Shown here one piece after another: positions 25,496-39,210 of a DNA stretch of 64,000 nucleotides (the first letter of the stretch is position 1; each line of letters opens with the position of its first letter). Under the pieces are notes generated by a model that did no database searches, had not been told where the DNA came from, and saw only the letters and a list, made by a program, of their open reading frames with translations. The stretch is from Octopus vulgaris (taxonomy: Eukaryota): assembly GCA_951406725.2 (NCBI GenBank), contig OX597825.1:10044001-10108000 (forward strand), written 5' to 3'. A program made the position numbers and the translations under genes.

Positions 25496-25535
25496 TAGAC
25501 TGATGACGAGCAAAGACTCAGAAACCAGTCCCTGG
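25496..25535 (+). ncRNA. Hammerhead-like motif with GUC triplet
   Basis: CTGATGA c gag-caaaga-ctc a GAAA c ca GTC. The core is canonical but stem I is poor. Confidence 0.35.
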
Positions 25536-25931
25536 ATGCAGGCTTAGCTGGGTGGAGGTGCTTATCTCCCCCTTGTAAACATAAGGACATGGAAATGTGT
25601 CAAGGCCAACAAGAAGCGTTGCTGCTTCCTAGGGCTAAATAGCAGTAGTACGATTCCCTTCATGGGACTGTCACATTAAGTTGACAGTATACAACTACTC
25701 TATCATACCACTACTGCATAAATCTCTCCGAGATATTTAGAAATGTATTATTTCTATATCTATAAATAGTTACATATGTATATCATCATCATCATCATCA
25801 CCATCACCATCATTGCCATCATCATCATCCTCTAATACCATTTATATTGCTAAAAAATATAAACTCCAGTTTAGTTGATAAGAGTAGATAGCAGGATTCT
25901 ACAAAGTTGCTCAAAGTACTCCTGCTAAGAA

Positions 25932-26168
25932 ACCTATTTCTTTACTACCCACAAGGGGCTAAACACAGAGGGGACAAACAAGGACAGACAAACGGATTAA
26001 GTCGATTATATCGACCCCAGTGTGTAACTGGTTCTTATTTAATCGACCCCGAAAGGATGAAAAGCAAAGTCGACCTCAGCGGAATTTGAACTCAGAACGT
26101 AGTGGCAGACGAAATACCGCTAAGCATTTCGCCCGGGGCGCTAACGTTTCTGCTAGATCGCCACCTTT
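25932..26168 (-). mobile_element. SINE family B
   Basis: Reverse complement of 1970-2202. Confidence 0.88.
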
Positions 26169-26954
26169 GGTTTGCTAATACCATTGCTACACAATTGCAA
26201 GTCAACTCCTTGATAGTTTGGAGACTTGGTTTTCTTTAGAAGGATGTGAAGCTCCCTGTCTAGGACGGCTATCATATATCTTGTGTCAGCTCTGTCTTTC
26301 TTATGTCTGTTGCTGAAGAGAAGATGACCACTTCGAAATGCATGCATCTCATGGCCTGGATAGGGGGCACTGTGAGCTGCCTCAGTGTGTTTACACCCAT
26401 TTGTCTACAGCAAGAAATTTTCTCCATGACAAAACACAGTGAGCAGCCTTGTTACAGGTTCAAATATGCCTGGAGCAAGGCATATTTGAACTGGTACCAA
26501 GTTTGTAACTATCATATGTTTTATGGACATTCCTCATATAGCCTTTTCTTCACAATGTAGATAAATCTTTTTGTTTCGAACAAAAGAAGTTGTTTCGAAG
26601 AATTCTTCCATTTTCTTGAGCCATCAAGAAGAGAATAACAGAATACATGAGTAAGTAAAATCTTCTTGAATGCCTAGATGAATGTCAGTGGCATTAGCAG
26701 CTGGTCGGATGGACGATGATAATGAAGATGTCTTAACAAAGATAATAACAACTTTTGTTGCAGAAACAACAACAACAGCAACAACAACAACATCGATGAG
26801 CTGGTTTGGCATCTGTTTTTGTACTGTTTGGATTAACAAAAAAAGTTAGAAGAACTTGGCTGATAATTCTTCGTTCCTGTTCTTGTCAAATGTTGCTTAC
26901 CCAACTGATAAACAACCTCTAGCAGAAATACATAGGATATTTTAGGCATATGTA

Positions 26955-27209
26955 CACATACACACACTGACAGACAGACACATACACACACACACACTCA
27001 CACACACACACACACACTCTCCCTCTCTCTCACACATGCAGACACTCCCCCCCACACACACAAACACTCTCTCTCACATACACACACACACACATTCACA
27101 CACTCTCTCTCTCACAGACATGCACACACACATACTCTCTCTCACACAGACATGCACACACACACTCTCTCTCTCACACACTCACACACACTTTCTCTCA
27201 TGCACACAT

Positions 27210-27246
<37 letters not shown>

Positions 27247-27388
27247 CTCTCTCACACTCACACACTCTCACATACACACACTCTCACACACACACACTCT
27301 CACACTCACACACACTCTCTCTCTCACATACACACACACACACTTTCTCTTTCTCACACACTCACATACATGCACGCACACACACACA

Positions 27389-27419
<31 letters not shown>

Positions 27420-27493
27420 ACACACACACACTCACACTTTCTCTCTTTCTCACACACACACACACACACACACATACACACACACTCACACTT

Positions 27494-27528
<35 letters not shown>

Positions 27529-27600
27529 TACACACACACACACTCACACTTTCTCTCTCTCTCACATACTCACATACATATGCAAATACGAATACACACC
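26955..27600. repeat. Compound (CA)/(CT) microsatellite field (similar at 18580-18915, 46820-47320, 52733-53490)
   Basis: Direct inspection. 52733-52940 has a 12-bp CACACACAAATR period. Confidence 0.95.
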
Positions 27601-27751
27601 TCAGCCATAAGTAGATTACGATGCAAAGGGTTGTCGGAGAAGCAGCCTCAGCTAATTTGCTGAACCAGAATTAGATTAAGGGGACTGTTTCAGAGTGACA
27701 ATCATTGATACCAAATCCGGGAATAATCAATAAACAAATAAGTAAATAGCT

Positions 27752-27917
27752 GCAGGTGTGGCTGTGTGGTAAGAAGTTTGCTTCTGAATCATGTGGTTCT
27801 GGGTTCAGTCCCACTACATGGCACTTTGGGCAAATGTCTTCTACTATAGCCTCGGGCCAACCAAGGCTTTGTGAGTGGATTTGGTAGAGGGAAACTGAAA
27901 GAAGCCCGTCGGATATA

Positions 27918-27954
<37 letters not shown>

Positions 27955-28157
27955 TTGTGTGTCTGTATTTATCCCCACCAACATCGCTTGACAACCGATG
28001 CTGGTGTGTTTACGTCCCTGTAACTTAGCAGTTCAGCAAAAGAGACCGATAGAACAAGTACTAGGTTTACAAAGAATAAGTCCTGGGGTCGATATGGTCG
28101 ACTAAAGGAGGTGCTCCAGCATGGCCACAGTCAAATGACTGAAACAAGTAAAAGAGT
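27752..28157 (+). mobile_element. SINE family A
   Basis: Near full-length match to other A copies. Confidence 0.88.
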
Positions 28158-28351
28158 ATATATATATATATATATATATGAAGGTCATGGGGAAATATTA
28201 CTTTGCTTGGAAAGAGCTGAGGGTTGGCAACAGGTAGAGCACCCAGCTATAGAAAATCTGCCTCGACAGATTCTGTCTGACTCATATAAGGAAGGAAATG
28301 TGGATGTTTAATGATGATGATGATGATGACAACAGCGACAATAATGATGAT

Positions 28352-28388
<37 letters not shown>

Positions 28389-29807
28389 TGTGTGTGTAGA
28401 TAGAGAACAGCTCTTCTTTTATACAGTTTTTTTTTTTTTAATTAATGACTAACAATTAAAAAATAAATCCCGTTTTGAAAACAACAAAACTGCAAGTGAA
28501 ATATGCTATTTAATGAGCTTTGGTTGGCATGTTTACATTTTAAATCTTAAAATAATCTCATTCTTGAAGAGTCTTGGTATTTTAATTAATTTAAATGAAA
28601 AATATCTTTTGAACCAACATTTGAACCTAAAACAATTATTTTTTTTTTTTTGCACCTAATATTTGTACTTAAACACAGATTCTTGGCATTTCACTTTGTA
28701 CATTCCTTTGGCTGCCAGCGCCTAGTCAAATTATCCAATCCATGCCAGCATGAGAAACAGTTGTTGAATTGTGGTGATGATGATGATGGTGATGATGATG
28801 ATGATGATGATGGTGGTGTTGGTGATGATGATGATGATGATATTCTTTCTAAATATTGAAAAATCGGAAAGTTGTTAGTTTGTGTAACAGTTCTGTCCAA
28901 AAACATTCCATGCAAAACACACATTTAGAAGGAGCTAAAAATAAAACAGAGACTGTAGTGAAACCTGGTTAAGGTTTGAAACCAGTACATTGCTATATTC
29001 TACGATTCCCAGACCGGGTGTTGTGTGTGTATATATGTATATATAAATATATATATGTATATATCTGTGTATTTTTTTTTACTTTGTGTGTGTCTGTGTG
29101 TGTGTGTAAATGTGCATGTGAGTATCGTTGTGTGTGTGTGTGTGTGTGTGTGTACCATAGATACATATTAATCAGCTTATTAAAATAATATAGAAACCCT
29201 TCAGCTTAGTGACCACCACCACCAAAGTCTCATCAAGTTAAGTTGACAGTTATCGGACATCATCATGGGGTAATGCCATCATTTTGATTGCTTCAGAGAT
29301 AGATTTGCCATCGTTTCTTAACACATCATTCTCATGCATTAATTTATCATCTTCAAACAATGAAAATAACAGACAAGCAGGCATGAACTACATTCTGATA
29401 ATCTCAATAGATTCCAAGGGTTTCTGAACCTTCACTAAAAACTGCTTTCTTTTCTTATTCTTATTCTATTTTGGCTTTCAAATCATTTTCTCTTTTCTGG
29501 TATCTTTACATCATACTTATATAATCAGTTTATAAAAATATACATGTATGTATTTGTGTAAATATAGATAGAAAGATAGGTAGACAGAGAGATAGATAGA
29601 TGGATAGATATTTATAAATATCATCAATCATCTTAATGCTATAGATGTTTTCTCTCTTCTGTCTCCCCTTCTCCTCTTTACTTTCTTCCTTTGAGCTCTT
29701 TGCTATTTCTCTTTACTTTCACATATTTCCAGCACCATTGGCTGCAAGATTAAAAGTAGGCGGCTATGAGGCTGTGAGCAATAAGGAGATGCGCTGGGAA
29801 GAAGATG

Positions 29808-30255
29808 ATTTGACTTGACTGACTTGACAGCATTCACCCGGAGTGGGTTGAGCTGGCTTCATTCATCCTCAATGCTTCATCTCTCACAAACACCGACCAG
29901 GCCTGGTGATTTGAGGCTAACGACCGCGTGATCTCCAACCGCTCCTTATCCCAGTGGTGAACACCATAGATATGGGGGCCTAGGTTGGGTTCCAGATCAG
30001 CCTTGACCATCATCAGCCAGGTTTTTCATTGTCCACTACAACGCTTTCGCCAACCCTGAAGTGGAGCTGAGGCAATTGCTTCATAGATGAATTCTCCTGG
30101 TTGATGATGGAGGGCATGACCCAGCCAATGGAGACGTCTCGTTAGAATGACTTGTTGGAGGGAGGTGATTCTGCACTGGTGTCACACCGAATTGTTGGAG
30201 ATGAGCAATAGCTTGTTGGGGAGTAGCATGGTCAAGGATGGAAACTGATAAGATA
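29808..30255 (-). mobile_element. RTE-clade LINE 3' end
   Basis: ILTRRLHWLGHALH...GWRKRCSGQ*KTWLMMVKADLE...LASNHQAWS...SG*, then a (CAAGT)-type tail. Confidence 0.8.
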
Positions 30256-30425
30256 ACAAATGTGAGCTTCATAGGGTACAAATATTGCAGTTTTTATATT
30301 CTACCACTGTCCCCCAGTTAGAGTAAGCACATTTTGGCATGAGTCCTCTGCAGCACTGGACATTTCCAAATCAGTGTAGTTGTTTGTCATCTCCTCTGTG
30401 AAATGTTGCAATATCTTCAAGTCAA

Positions 30426-30686
30426 CAGGCGGCGAGCTGGTAGAAACGTTAGCACACCGGGAGAAATGCTTAGCGGCATTTCGTCTGCCGTTACGTTCTG
30501 AGTTCAAATTCCACCAAGGTCAACTTTGCTTTTCATCCTTTCAGGGTCGTGCTAGCGCAGAAAACGGACGTTAAACGATGATGATGATGATGATAAAGCA
30601 CTGGGGTCGATGTTATTGACTTAATCCCTTTGTCTGACTTTGTTTGTCCCCTCTATGTTTAGCCCCCTGTGAGCAATAAAGAAATT
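30426..30686 (+). mobile_element. SINE B carrying a ~45-bp family C 3' end (30550-30594)
   Basis: The B body is interrupted by tgctagcgcagaaaacggacgttaaac(gat)n. Confidence 0.75.
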
Positions 30687-30739
30687 AAAAAATTGCAGTT
30701 CTATATTTAAGAGATGAGGAATTATGTACATTATTTTCT

Positions 30740-30777
<38 letters not shown>

Positions 30778-31413
30778 ACTCTCAATATCACCTTGTCTGA
30801 ATTAGCATATTTTCAAATAATTTGACCTCTGGATATTACATTGACATTAGTTTGAGAAACATTTGTTTCAATATTTTATTGAAGAGATCTTCTTATAACC
30901 ATTATGATCTCTTCATTCTTCACTTGTAAATTATTACATCTTTGGTACAGTTGCTTGATTCTTCACCTTCCTCAATTTTTAAGCTGGCCCAGTACAAATG
31001 GTAAGATTGCATGTTAGTTCTTGCCCAAATTGAATACATCAATGAGTTGAATGAAAATAAGGGGGGTTTATTTCACCTTTCTAGATTATATCTTAATCAA
31101 ATAATTCATTAAAAAGAAAACAATTCTCTGAGAAACATGAAGAAAAATTAATCTGTTTATTCAGAATAATTGAATGATTCTGTAAAGCCTTGCAAAAACA
31201 GGAAATTATTCTGGAATATTCAATAATCGTGATTTTACAAAATATTCTTTGTTTTAGTTTTATTTGAGAGAGACCAGTTCTTTTTAATTGTGAACAACAG
31301 CAGAAGTGGAGTTGGGTTTATGAAGTGGATGTTTCTAGGTATAATGGAGCTTAGAAAGTGGAAATAACTTCCAAAAATGAAATATGAAGAAAGGTTTGGT
31401 GGGTAAAAAATTA

Positions 31414-31575
31414 GGCGCAGGAGTGGCTGTGTGGTAAGTAGCTTGCTTACCAACCACATGGTTCCGGGTTCAGTCCCACGTGGCATCTTGGGCAAGTGTC
31501 TTCTGCTATAGCCCCGGGCTGACCAATGCCTTCTGAGTGGAATTGGTAGACGGAAACTGAAAGAAGCCTGTCGTA

Positions 31576-31609
<34 letters not shown>

Positions 31610-31825
31610 TGCGTGTATGTTTGTGCGTCTGTGTTTGTCCCCCTAGCATTGCTTGACAACTGATGCTGGTGTGTTTATGTCCCCGTCACTTAGCGGTTCG
31701 GCAAAAGAAACCGATAAAATAAGTACTGGGCTTACAAAGAATAAGTCCCGGTGTCGAGTTGCTCGACTAAAGGCGGTGCTCCAGCATGGCTACAGTCAAA
31801 TGACTGAAACAAGTAAAAGAGTAAA
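31414..31825 (+). mobile_element. Full-length SINE family A
   Basis: ggcgcaggagtggctgtgtggta A-box, gggttcagtcc B-box-like, CORE-like ttgggcaagtgtctt, central (TA)/(TG) tract, gagtaaa tail. Confidence 0.9.
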
Positions 31826-31853
31826 TGTTGTGAGTTAGGCTTTGATATTCCTA

Positions 31854-32255
31854 CAGCGACAAGCTGGCAGAATCATTAGCACACTGGATGAAATGCTTAG
31901 CAGTATTTCCTCTGCCGTTACGTTCTGAGTTCAAATTCTGCCGAGGTCGACTTTGCCTTTCATCCTTTCGGGGTCGATAAATTAAGTACCAGTTATGCAC
32001 TGGGGTAGATGTAATCGACTTAATACCTATGTCTGTCCTTGTTTGTCCCCTCTGTGTTTAGCCTCTTGTGGGTAATACAGAAATAGGTATTTCGTCTGCC
32101 GTTACGTTCTGAGTTCAAATTCTGCCGAGGTCAACTTTGCCTTTCATCCTTTCGGAGTTGGTAAATTAAGTACCAGTTGAGTACTAGGGTTGATCTAATC
32201 GACTGCCCCCCCCGCCCCAAAAAAAATTGGGGGCCATGTGCCCAGAGTAGAAACG
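31854..32255 (+). mobile_element. Full-length SINE B with internal duplication
   Basis: TSD gatattccta at 31844-31853 and 32256-32265. Confidence 0.88.
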
Positions 32256-32536
32256 GATATTCCTATAGCTTCAATTTATGTCTTGTTTTGCCAATACTAC
32301 CTGTGTTAAAGTGCGTCAGAGAATTAGAGAGAGAAGTTAGGAAATTGACAGCTGAAGGATAACAGGAGCAAACAAGAATGGAGATGGATGAAAAAAAAAG
32401 GATGAATGATATAAGAGAGGGAAAATATGCAAAAAAAAAAAAAAAAATCTTGTTGAATATTTTTGGTAGGAAACAGTAAATGCAGAAAATATTTGGCCTT
32501 CTTGTGGATGACAAAACTACCACCTACGGCTGTTGC

Positions 32537-32567
<31 letters not shown>

Positions 32568-32760
32568 AAGCAACAAGACGGGTAAGGGTGATTAGGGGAT
32601 GGTCTAGGGCTTAGGGGCAGGAGACCCCAGACCTTGGAAAAAAAAAAACTTTCGTCGTCTTGTTGTAGTCGAGGGCTCTTCGTTGACACCCGACACCACT
32701 GGGAGGTGGCCCTCGAAGTCACTGGAAATGGGGATCTCCAGGTTCAAATTCTTGGATGGC
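32568..32760 (-). mobile_element. Repeat family H, copy 2
   Basis: Matches 8891-9083. Confidence 0.75.
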
Positions 32761-33061
32761 TGCTGCTGCTGTTGTTACAAGTACTACTAAGAGATTACTT
32801 TATTACATTAGTGTTACGTTGCTCTAATTTAATTCAGTTCTGACTAAGTATCGAACTAAGTTTAGTGACTCTGCTTTATTTCATGCATTCACCTTGTGTC
32901 CTCTTAAAGGGAACTTTTGACTGCCTTCTAATTTGCATATCGGTTTGTTTCGTAAGTGGCATGATACTTTTTTGCATATATATCTTTAGGTTCTGCATTT
33001 TTTTTAATCAGCATGCATTTTTGAGTATATATTGCTCAAAAATTAATGGAAATTGTAGTTG

Positions 33062-33371
33062 TGATACCAGTGCTAGTGGCACGTAAAAGAACCATCCGAA
33101 CGTGACTGTTGCCAGCGCTGCATCGACTGGCCTCCATGCCAGTGGCACATAAAAAGCACCAACTGATCGTGGCCGTTGCCAGCCTCGCCTGGCAACTGTA
33201 CCGGTGGCTCGTAAAAAGCACCCACTACACTCACGGAGTGGTTGGCATTAGGAAGGGCATCCAGCTGTAGAAACACTGCCAGATCAGACTGGGCCTGGTG
33301 CAGCCTCCTGGCTTCCCAGACCCCAGCATGGAAAGCGGACGTTAAATGAAGATGATAATGATGATGATGAT
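33062..33371 (+). mobile_element. Repeat family C with (GAT)n tail
   Basis: Conserved ggttggcattaggaagggcatccagctgtagaaa...ggacgttaaa(gat)n, with tandem ~66-bp 5' units. Decayed copies near 16130, 23575, 28200, 28700, 36905, 55500, 57440 and 58310. Confidence 0.8.
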
Positions 33372-34339
33372 TGCGTTGTATTTGCTCACATATTGACTCC
33401 TTTATTGGCTTGCATTCAAGTAATGTAATCCAAGTTAATAATTCTGTATTAAAACATAACAATTAAGTGGTTCAAATAACAATTTTGAGGGCTCTTTACA
33501 CGAGAGGTCCTCAATTTGGAAATAGCTGGGAATTGACCCAGAAGATGCCTGGCTACAAAATTGAAGCAAATTGTGTGACTACTTGGAAACTTATCTTTTG
33601 ATTCCATAAAATGAATCAAAGAAATATAGAGCAGAATTCTTTAACTACAAGAATGTAGAAAAGCTAAGAGGAACCTTATGAAAATAGCATAGTGCACAGA
33701 TGGTTCTGTATAAAAGAAATGATTAAAGGCCAGAATAAATTTGGATTATGGAATAAGATGTGATGTGTTAATTTGACAGATGAGATCGACGCTTTGAATG
33801 GAACCTTTTCTCAAACAAAGAACTTTCACTATTTAGCCTTTTCCTTTGTTGCCCTGAGTTCAAATCCTTGCTGGGTCAACTTTAACTTCTATCACTCAAG
33901 GGGTAATCAGATGACTACCACGAATAAGTTGAAGGTTGAATCAATTTGTCTCCATCCATAGAAAAGTGGCTTAGAGCCGAGTCAATAGAAATCAATAAGT
34001 TGCAAAGAATGGTGATGGATGGAATCAGATGGAAATCACGGAATAACAAATGTTATGTATGATGTTTGATTATAAATATCGAATGTGTTGATCTGGTTCT
34101 TCCAAGGGATATACACTCAGACATTTAGTCTCTACAAGAAAGAGAATGAAATTGTCATCATATGGCAAATTGGCTGAAGATTCTTGCAGGAATTACTGGA
34201 TAGGGAATGGTGAGATGGTGGATTTCATGCAGACAGAAGGAGGATGGCTCGTGGCAAGTTAGGTTGGCGCCACAAACATTAAAAACTATTTATTAATACA
34301 ATAAATCTTAGATTGGATTTTTGTGTTTGTGTGTGTATA

Positions 34340-34485
34340 AGAGGAAGAGTGTGAGAGAGAGAAAAAAGAGAGAGAGAGCTAGTGTGTATATATGTCTGCA
34401 TCTGTGCATGCGTGTGTGTACTTAGATACTTTGTTTGCATGAGTGTGTGTGTGAATATGAGAGAGAGCATATGTGAGAGAGCATA

Positions 34486-34516
<31 letters not shown>

Positions 34517-34886
34517 AAGCATGTGAGTGTGCATGTATGAGTGTATGTGTGTGTGTACTCAGATACTTTGCTTGCATGAGTGTGTGTGTGTAAGAGAGAG
34601 AGAGAGTGTGTGGGTAGGTGTGTGTGAATATGAGAGAGAGCATATGTGTGTGAGAGAGAGAGAGAGAGAGTGTGTGTGTGTGTGAGAGAGAGAGAGAGAA
34701 AAAGAGAGAGAGTGTTAGTATGTGTATATATGTCTGAATCTGTGCATGTGTGTGTGTACTCTGATACTTTGCTTGCACGAGTGTGTGTGTGTAAGTGTGT
34801 GTGAGTGTGTGTGAGTGTGTGTGTGTGTGTGTGTGTGTAAGAAAGAGAGAGTGTGGGTAGGTGTACGTGAATATGAGAGAGAGCAT

Positions 34887-34922
<36 letters not shown>

Positions 34923-34948
34923 GTGTGTGTGTGTGAGAGTGCACATAT

Positions 34949-34987
<39 letters not shown>

Positions 34988-35010
34988 CATATACTTTGCT
35001 TGTGTGTGTC
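34340..35010. repeat. Higher-order minisatellite built from microsatellite blocks
   Basis: Anchor gtgtactcagatactttgcttgca recurs at ~34417, 34554, 34754 and 34981, and gaatatgagagagagcatatg recurs three times. Confidence 0.8.
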
Positions 35011-35583
35011 TTTTCAGAGATTTTCTCCAGTCTCACTACTGCGTCTCTTTATATTATCAATGTATGTTTGTGCTTGTATCTTTATAGGTTGTGTGTGTGT
35101 GTGTATGTATGTGTCTGTGCACCTGTGTGTGTGTGTGTGTCTGTATCATTACATATGTGTATGCTTATGTTTCTACATGAACACACCCACATGTTTGGCA
35201 TCTAAACATGTAGGTGGTATTGAGATACCTCCACAGTGTTGATGTTAACTTTTTGGATGTAGTAACAAGAAGCTTATACACAGATTTCACAGTCGTTCGT
35301 ATATGTATGATAGAGACACGGCTTCAAGTGAAAACTGTAGACATCTTCTGGCAGCAGTTGGAAGAAAACCAGGAAATAGTGTCTGACTGGTATTTCGTTT
35401 AGAAATTCTAGAAAGATAGTGGCTGTGTGATAAGCAGCCTGCTTACCAACCACAGGATCCTGGATTCGGTCCCACTGTGTAGCACCTTGGGCAAGTCTTC
35501 TACTATAGCCTTGGGCCAACCAAAGGTTCATATTTATTCTCATCCTTTACTGGTTGAGTTCAATTCTTGTTGACGTTGACTGT

Positions 35584-35985
35584 TCTTTTATTCTTTTACT
35601 TGTTTTATTTGACTACAGCCATACTGGAGCACCGTCTTTAGTCGAGCAAATCGATGCCAGGACTTATTCTTTGTAAGCCTAGTACTTATTCTATTGGGCT
35701 CTTTTGCCGAACCACTAAGTTACAGGAACATAAACACACCAACATCGGTTGTCAACTGATTTTTGGAGGACAAACACAGACACACAAATATATACACACA
35801 CATACATATATATATACATATACGACGTGCTTCTTTCAGTTTCCATCTACCACATCCACTCACAAGGCTTTGGTCCTCTCGAGACTATAGTAGAAGACAC
35901 TTGCCCAAGGTGTCACACAGTGGAACTGAACCCAGAACCATGTGGTTCGTAAGCAAGCTACTTACCACACAGCCACTCCTATGCC
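35584..35985 (-). mobile_element. SINE family A (opposed to an A 5' fragment at 35418-35527 +)
   Basis: Reverse-complement match to family A. Confidence 0.85.
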
Positions 35986-37906
35986 TAATGATGCTAAGCA
36001 TTTTATCCAGTAGGCTAAACATAAAAGATTGCCTGAAATTTTCTTGGATGCTTTACCCTTCACCCCTCACCCTCACATTTTAGATAAATACCATCCACAC
36101 ATAAACAATAACCTATCAAACCCACGTTACAAGGATCAATCAAACCCACATTACAAACAGCCTTTTTTTAAGATACTTAATTTTTCTTATGACATGGATA
36201 TTTTTCAATCAATTACATGGAGACAAAGCAGAAAAACAAAAAGAACAAAATTAAGACAAATCTCCCAAAATGCAGTTTTCTTTTCTTTCCATTAATAACT
36301 TCCTAGAAAACATACACCAACCGTTCTTTGTGCAACTGCCTACTCAACTATTCCTACATAAATAAATACAAAAGAAACCATGGGAACTCAGGTCTTTTAA
36401 TGGATATCACTTCACATGGCTTCTACAAGCATTAATTCTCAGTTTCAAAGTTGGAAATGTAATCCATGTTTCGAAAATAGCAGTTTGGTGTCTCCAAGAC
36501 ACAAAGTGGTATGACCAATCTACTTCATTTCTCAACGTCACTTTATTACGTTTTCTCACTCCACCACCACACCACCTGACCCCAGATTCAGTTTCTTTTT
36601 CCCATAAATTACTTTGTTTATAAAATACATACCAATTATAAAATACATACCAGTGAATATCTGTGTATATTTGAATCTTCCCCCTCTCTCTCTCTTTTGG
36701 AGAAGCACTGAACAGCTATACGCACACATACACACACGGCAGTAACTTCCACCTACCGAATTCAATCACAAAGCTTTGGTCGACTCGGGGCTATAGTGGA
36801 AGACTGAACCCGAAACCATGTAGCTAGGAAGCAAGCTCCCTAACCACACAACCATGCCCATGCTTACAAAAAATGTATGTACATATACGCAGCGCTATGT
36901 GTGTGGCAGTTTCTATGGCTGGATGCCCTTCCTGATGCCAACCCCCACCTGTTCCGAGTATATATTATCATCATCATCATCACCATCTTCCTTGCTGGTT
37001 TGAGTCAAATGGCTTAACAGGATCCAGTGAGCCAAAATACTGCATCATGATCCAGTATCTGCTTTGGTATGGTTTCTATGGTTGGATGCCCTTCCTAATG
37101 CCAACAACTTTACAGAATTTAGCGAGTGGTTTTTTCCCATGATACAGGCATGAGAGAAGTCACCATGTAACTTGCAAGACAAAGGAAAGAGAAGCCACCT
37201 CAGCTGAGTGGGACTGTAGTAGAGGCAGGGGTGGTTTTATGCCCGATGGGGAGAGGCTAAAGTATGACAGAGGGATAGATACAGATGTGTTGCTATAAAA
37301 GGCTGTCTCACATTATATAAAATTTGGTTGGAGGAGCTGGATAGAAAAGAAGACAAAAATGCTGGTGATGAGGTGACAAAGTGTCCTCTTAAGATACAGA
37401 GTGAGTATAAGAGTACAGACCAAGGATTGTAGGGGGTGGATATATTCGTTGAAGTTTGTGAGTAAAGTGACAGGTGGTTAGAGATGTGCCGGTTGAGATA
37501 CGGAAAATGAGAGTAATTCCCTTTTTTTTAGTTGGGACTCCCAAAGTTTTAGTTTCCATTCAAATGCGGTAACATATCCAAACATTTGAAATATGCCCTT
37601 ATTCCCTCCTTGCAGCTCAAGATTCAATGCATCCATGTATGTCATATATGTCAACTAGCTTGACAACCCATTGTGGATCCCTTAAGAAAGAAGCATCATA
37701 GTCTTTGCTCTCCAAAAATAAGGCATTCTCCTCTCTCAGTAAATAAAAATGTGCAAGCATTTCGCCTCGACTTACCCAATGAATATTGCAGAAATAAGAC
37801 AGGTCACCATACTCGGCCTCTGGTTAAGAGACTCCCAAAACTGGTGGTGATTTAAACCTCTTGATAGGATGAAATTCACTGATTTCACAACAACTGTCAT
37901 GATACC

Positions 37907-38125
37907 TATTTCTTTACTACCCACAAGGGGCTAAACACAGAGAGGACAAACAAGGACAGACAAACCGATTAAGTCAATTAGATCGACCCCAGTGCGTAAC
38001 TGGTACTTATTTAATCAACACCGAAAGGATGAAAGGCAAAGTGGACCTCGGCGGAATTTGAACTCAGAACGTAATGGCAGATGAAATACGGCTACGCATT
38101 TCACCCGGCGTGCTAACATTTCTGC
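37907..38125 (-). mobile_element. SINE B inserted in the hAT transposase
   Basis: 9-bp TSD catgatacc at 37898-37906 and 38126-38134. Confidence 0.9.
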
Positions 38126-38991
38126 CATGATACCCTTGAATCGTAGTATCTTCACACACAAAGCATCTTGATGCATAATGCAATGTAGCTTGAATAGTGT
38201 CTGCTGTTCACCAACCTGTTCTTAAAGTAAAGATACCACACCTTTTTTCTCACCAATCATTGCTGATGCTCCATCAGCTTTGATAAGTCAAAGTCAGATT
38301 GAATCACCCATTCATGAGACTGTCATATAAATCTGATCCGGTACTTGTATTTTGCAAAGAGATGACTTGTGCAAATTCTTCCACAATGTTAAAGGTTGGA
38401 ATATCACCCCTCACAAAAACTGCCAGTTGGCAAGTATCTGTCATATCAATAGTGTTGTCGATAGCAATTGAAAAATATTCAAGACTTTGTAACACACCTC
38501 CCAAGCTTCTCCTGACACTGACCACCATTTCTTCAATTCCTCGCATGACTGTTCTTAAAGACAAACTGATTTCAGAAAATAAATCCTTTTTTTTTGGGGG
38601 ACATATAACTTCCACTACTTTCATCATATATTCCTTGAAGAATTCACCATTGCTGAATGGCTTCATTCTTGCTACTCTCAGCCTTGAAACTTCATAACTG
38701 GCATGGCTGCTTCTGTCATTTTCTTCAGTCTTAAAAGTGAAGAAAGAAGACTGCTTAAGAAAATTGTTTTTTCAGCCTTGCTACTTCATCTTCTTGCGCC
38801 ATTCCAAAGAGACTGGTGTAATTGTTATGACAAACCTCATAATTATGTTTGATATTCAGAACCTTCTTAACTTCTTTTGTTTCTCAGCAAATTAAGCACA
38901 CACATTTACCAAAGTGTTCGATGAAGAAATTCGGTGTCCATGAATCGTCTAAAGCCCAATGTTCAAAATCAATCTTCCTTTTCTTGTTTTC

Positions 38992-39210
38992 ATCATCATC
39001 ATCATCGTTTAACTTCTGTTTTCCCATGCTAGCATGGGTTGGATGGTTTGACCGGGGTTTGGGAAGCCAGGAGACTACACCAGGATCCAGTCTGATCTCT
39101 AGCAGTGTTTCTACAGCTGGATGCCCTTCCTAACACCAACCACTCTGTGAGTGTAGTGGATGCTTTTTACCTGCCACCGGCACAGGTGCCAGGGGAGGCT
39201 GGCAATGGCC
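38992..39210 (-). mobile_element. Family C inserted at the start of the hAT transposase ORF
   Basis: Reverse-complement C sequence with (CAT)n. Removing it restores ATG GAA AAC AAG AAA AGG AAG. Confidence 0.85.

Noticed and set aside
26170-26940. Non-repetitive-looking stretch with short ORFs on both strands
   Set aside because: No recognisable motif or convincing splice-site pair. It may be an old TE relic but I cannot support a call.
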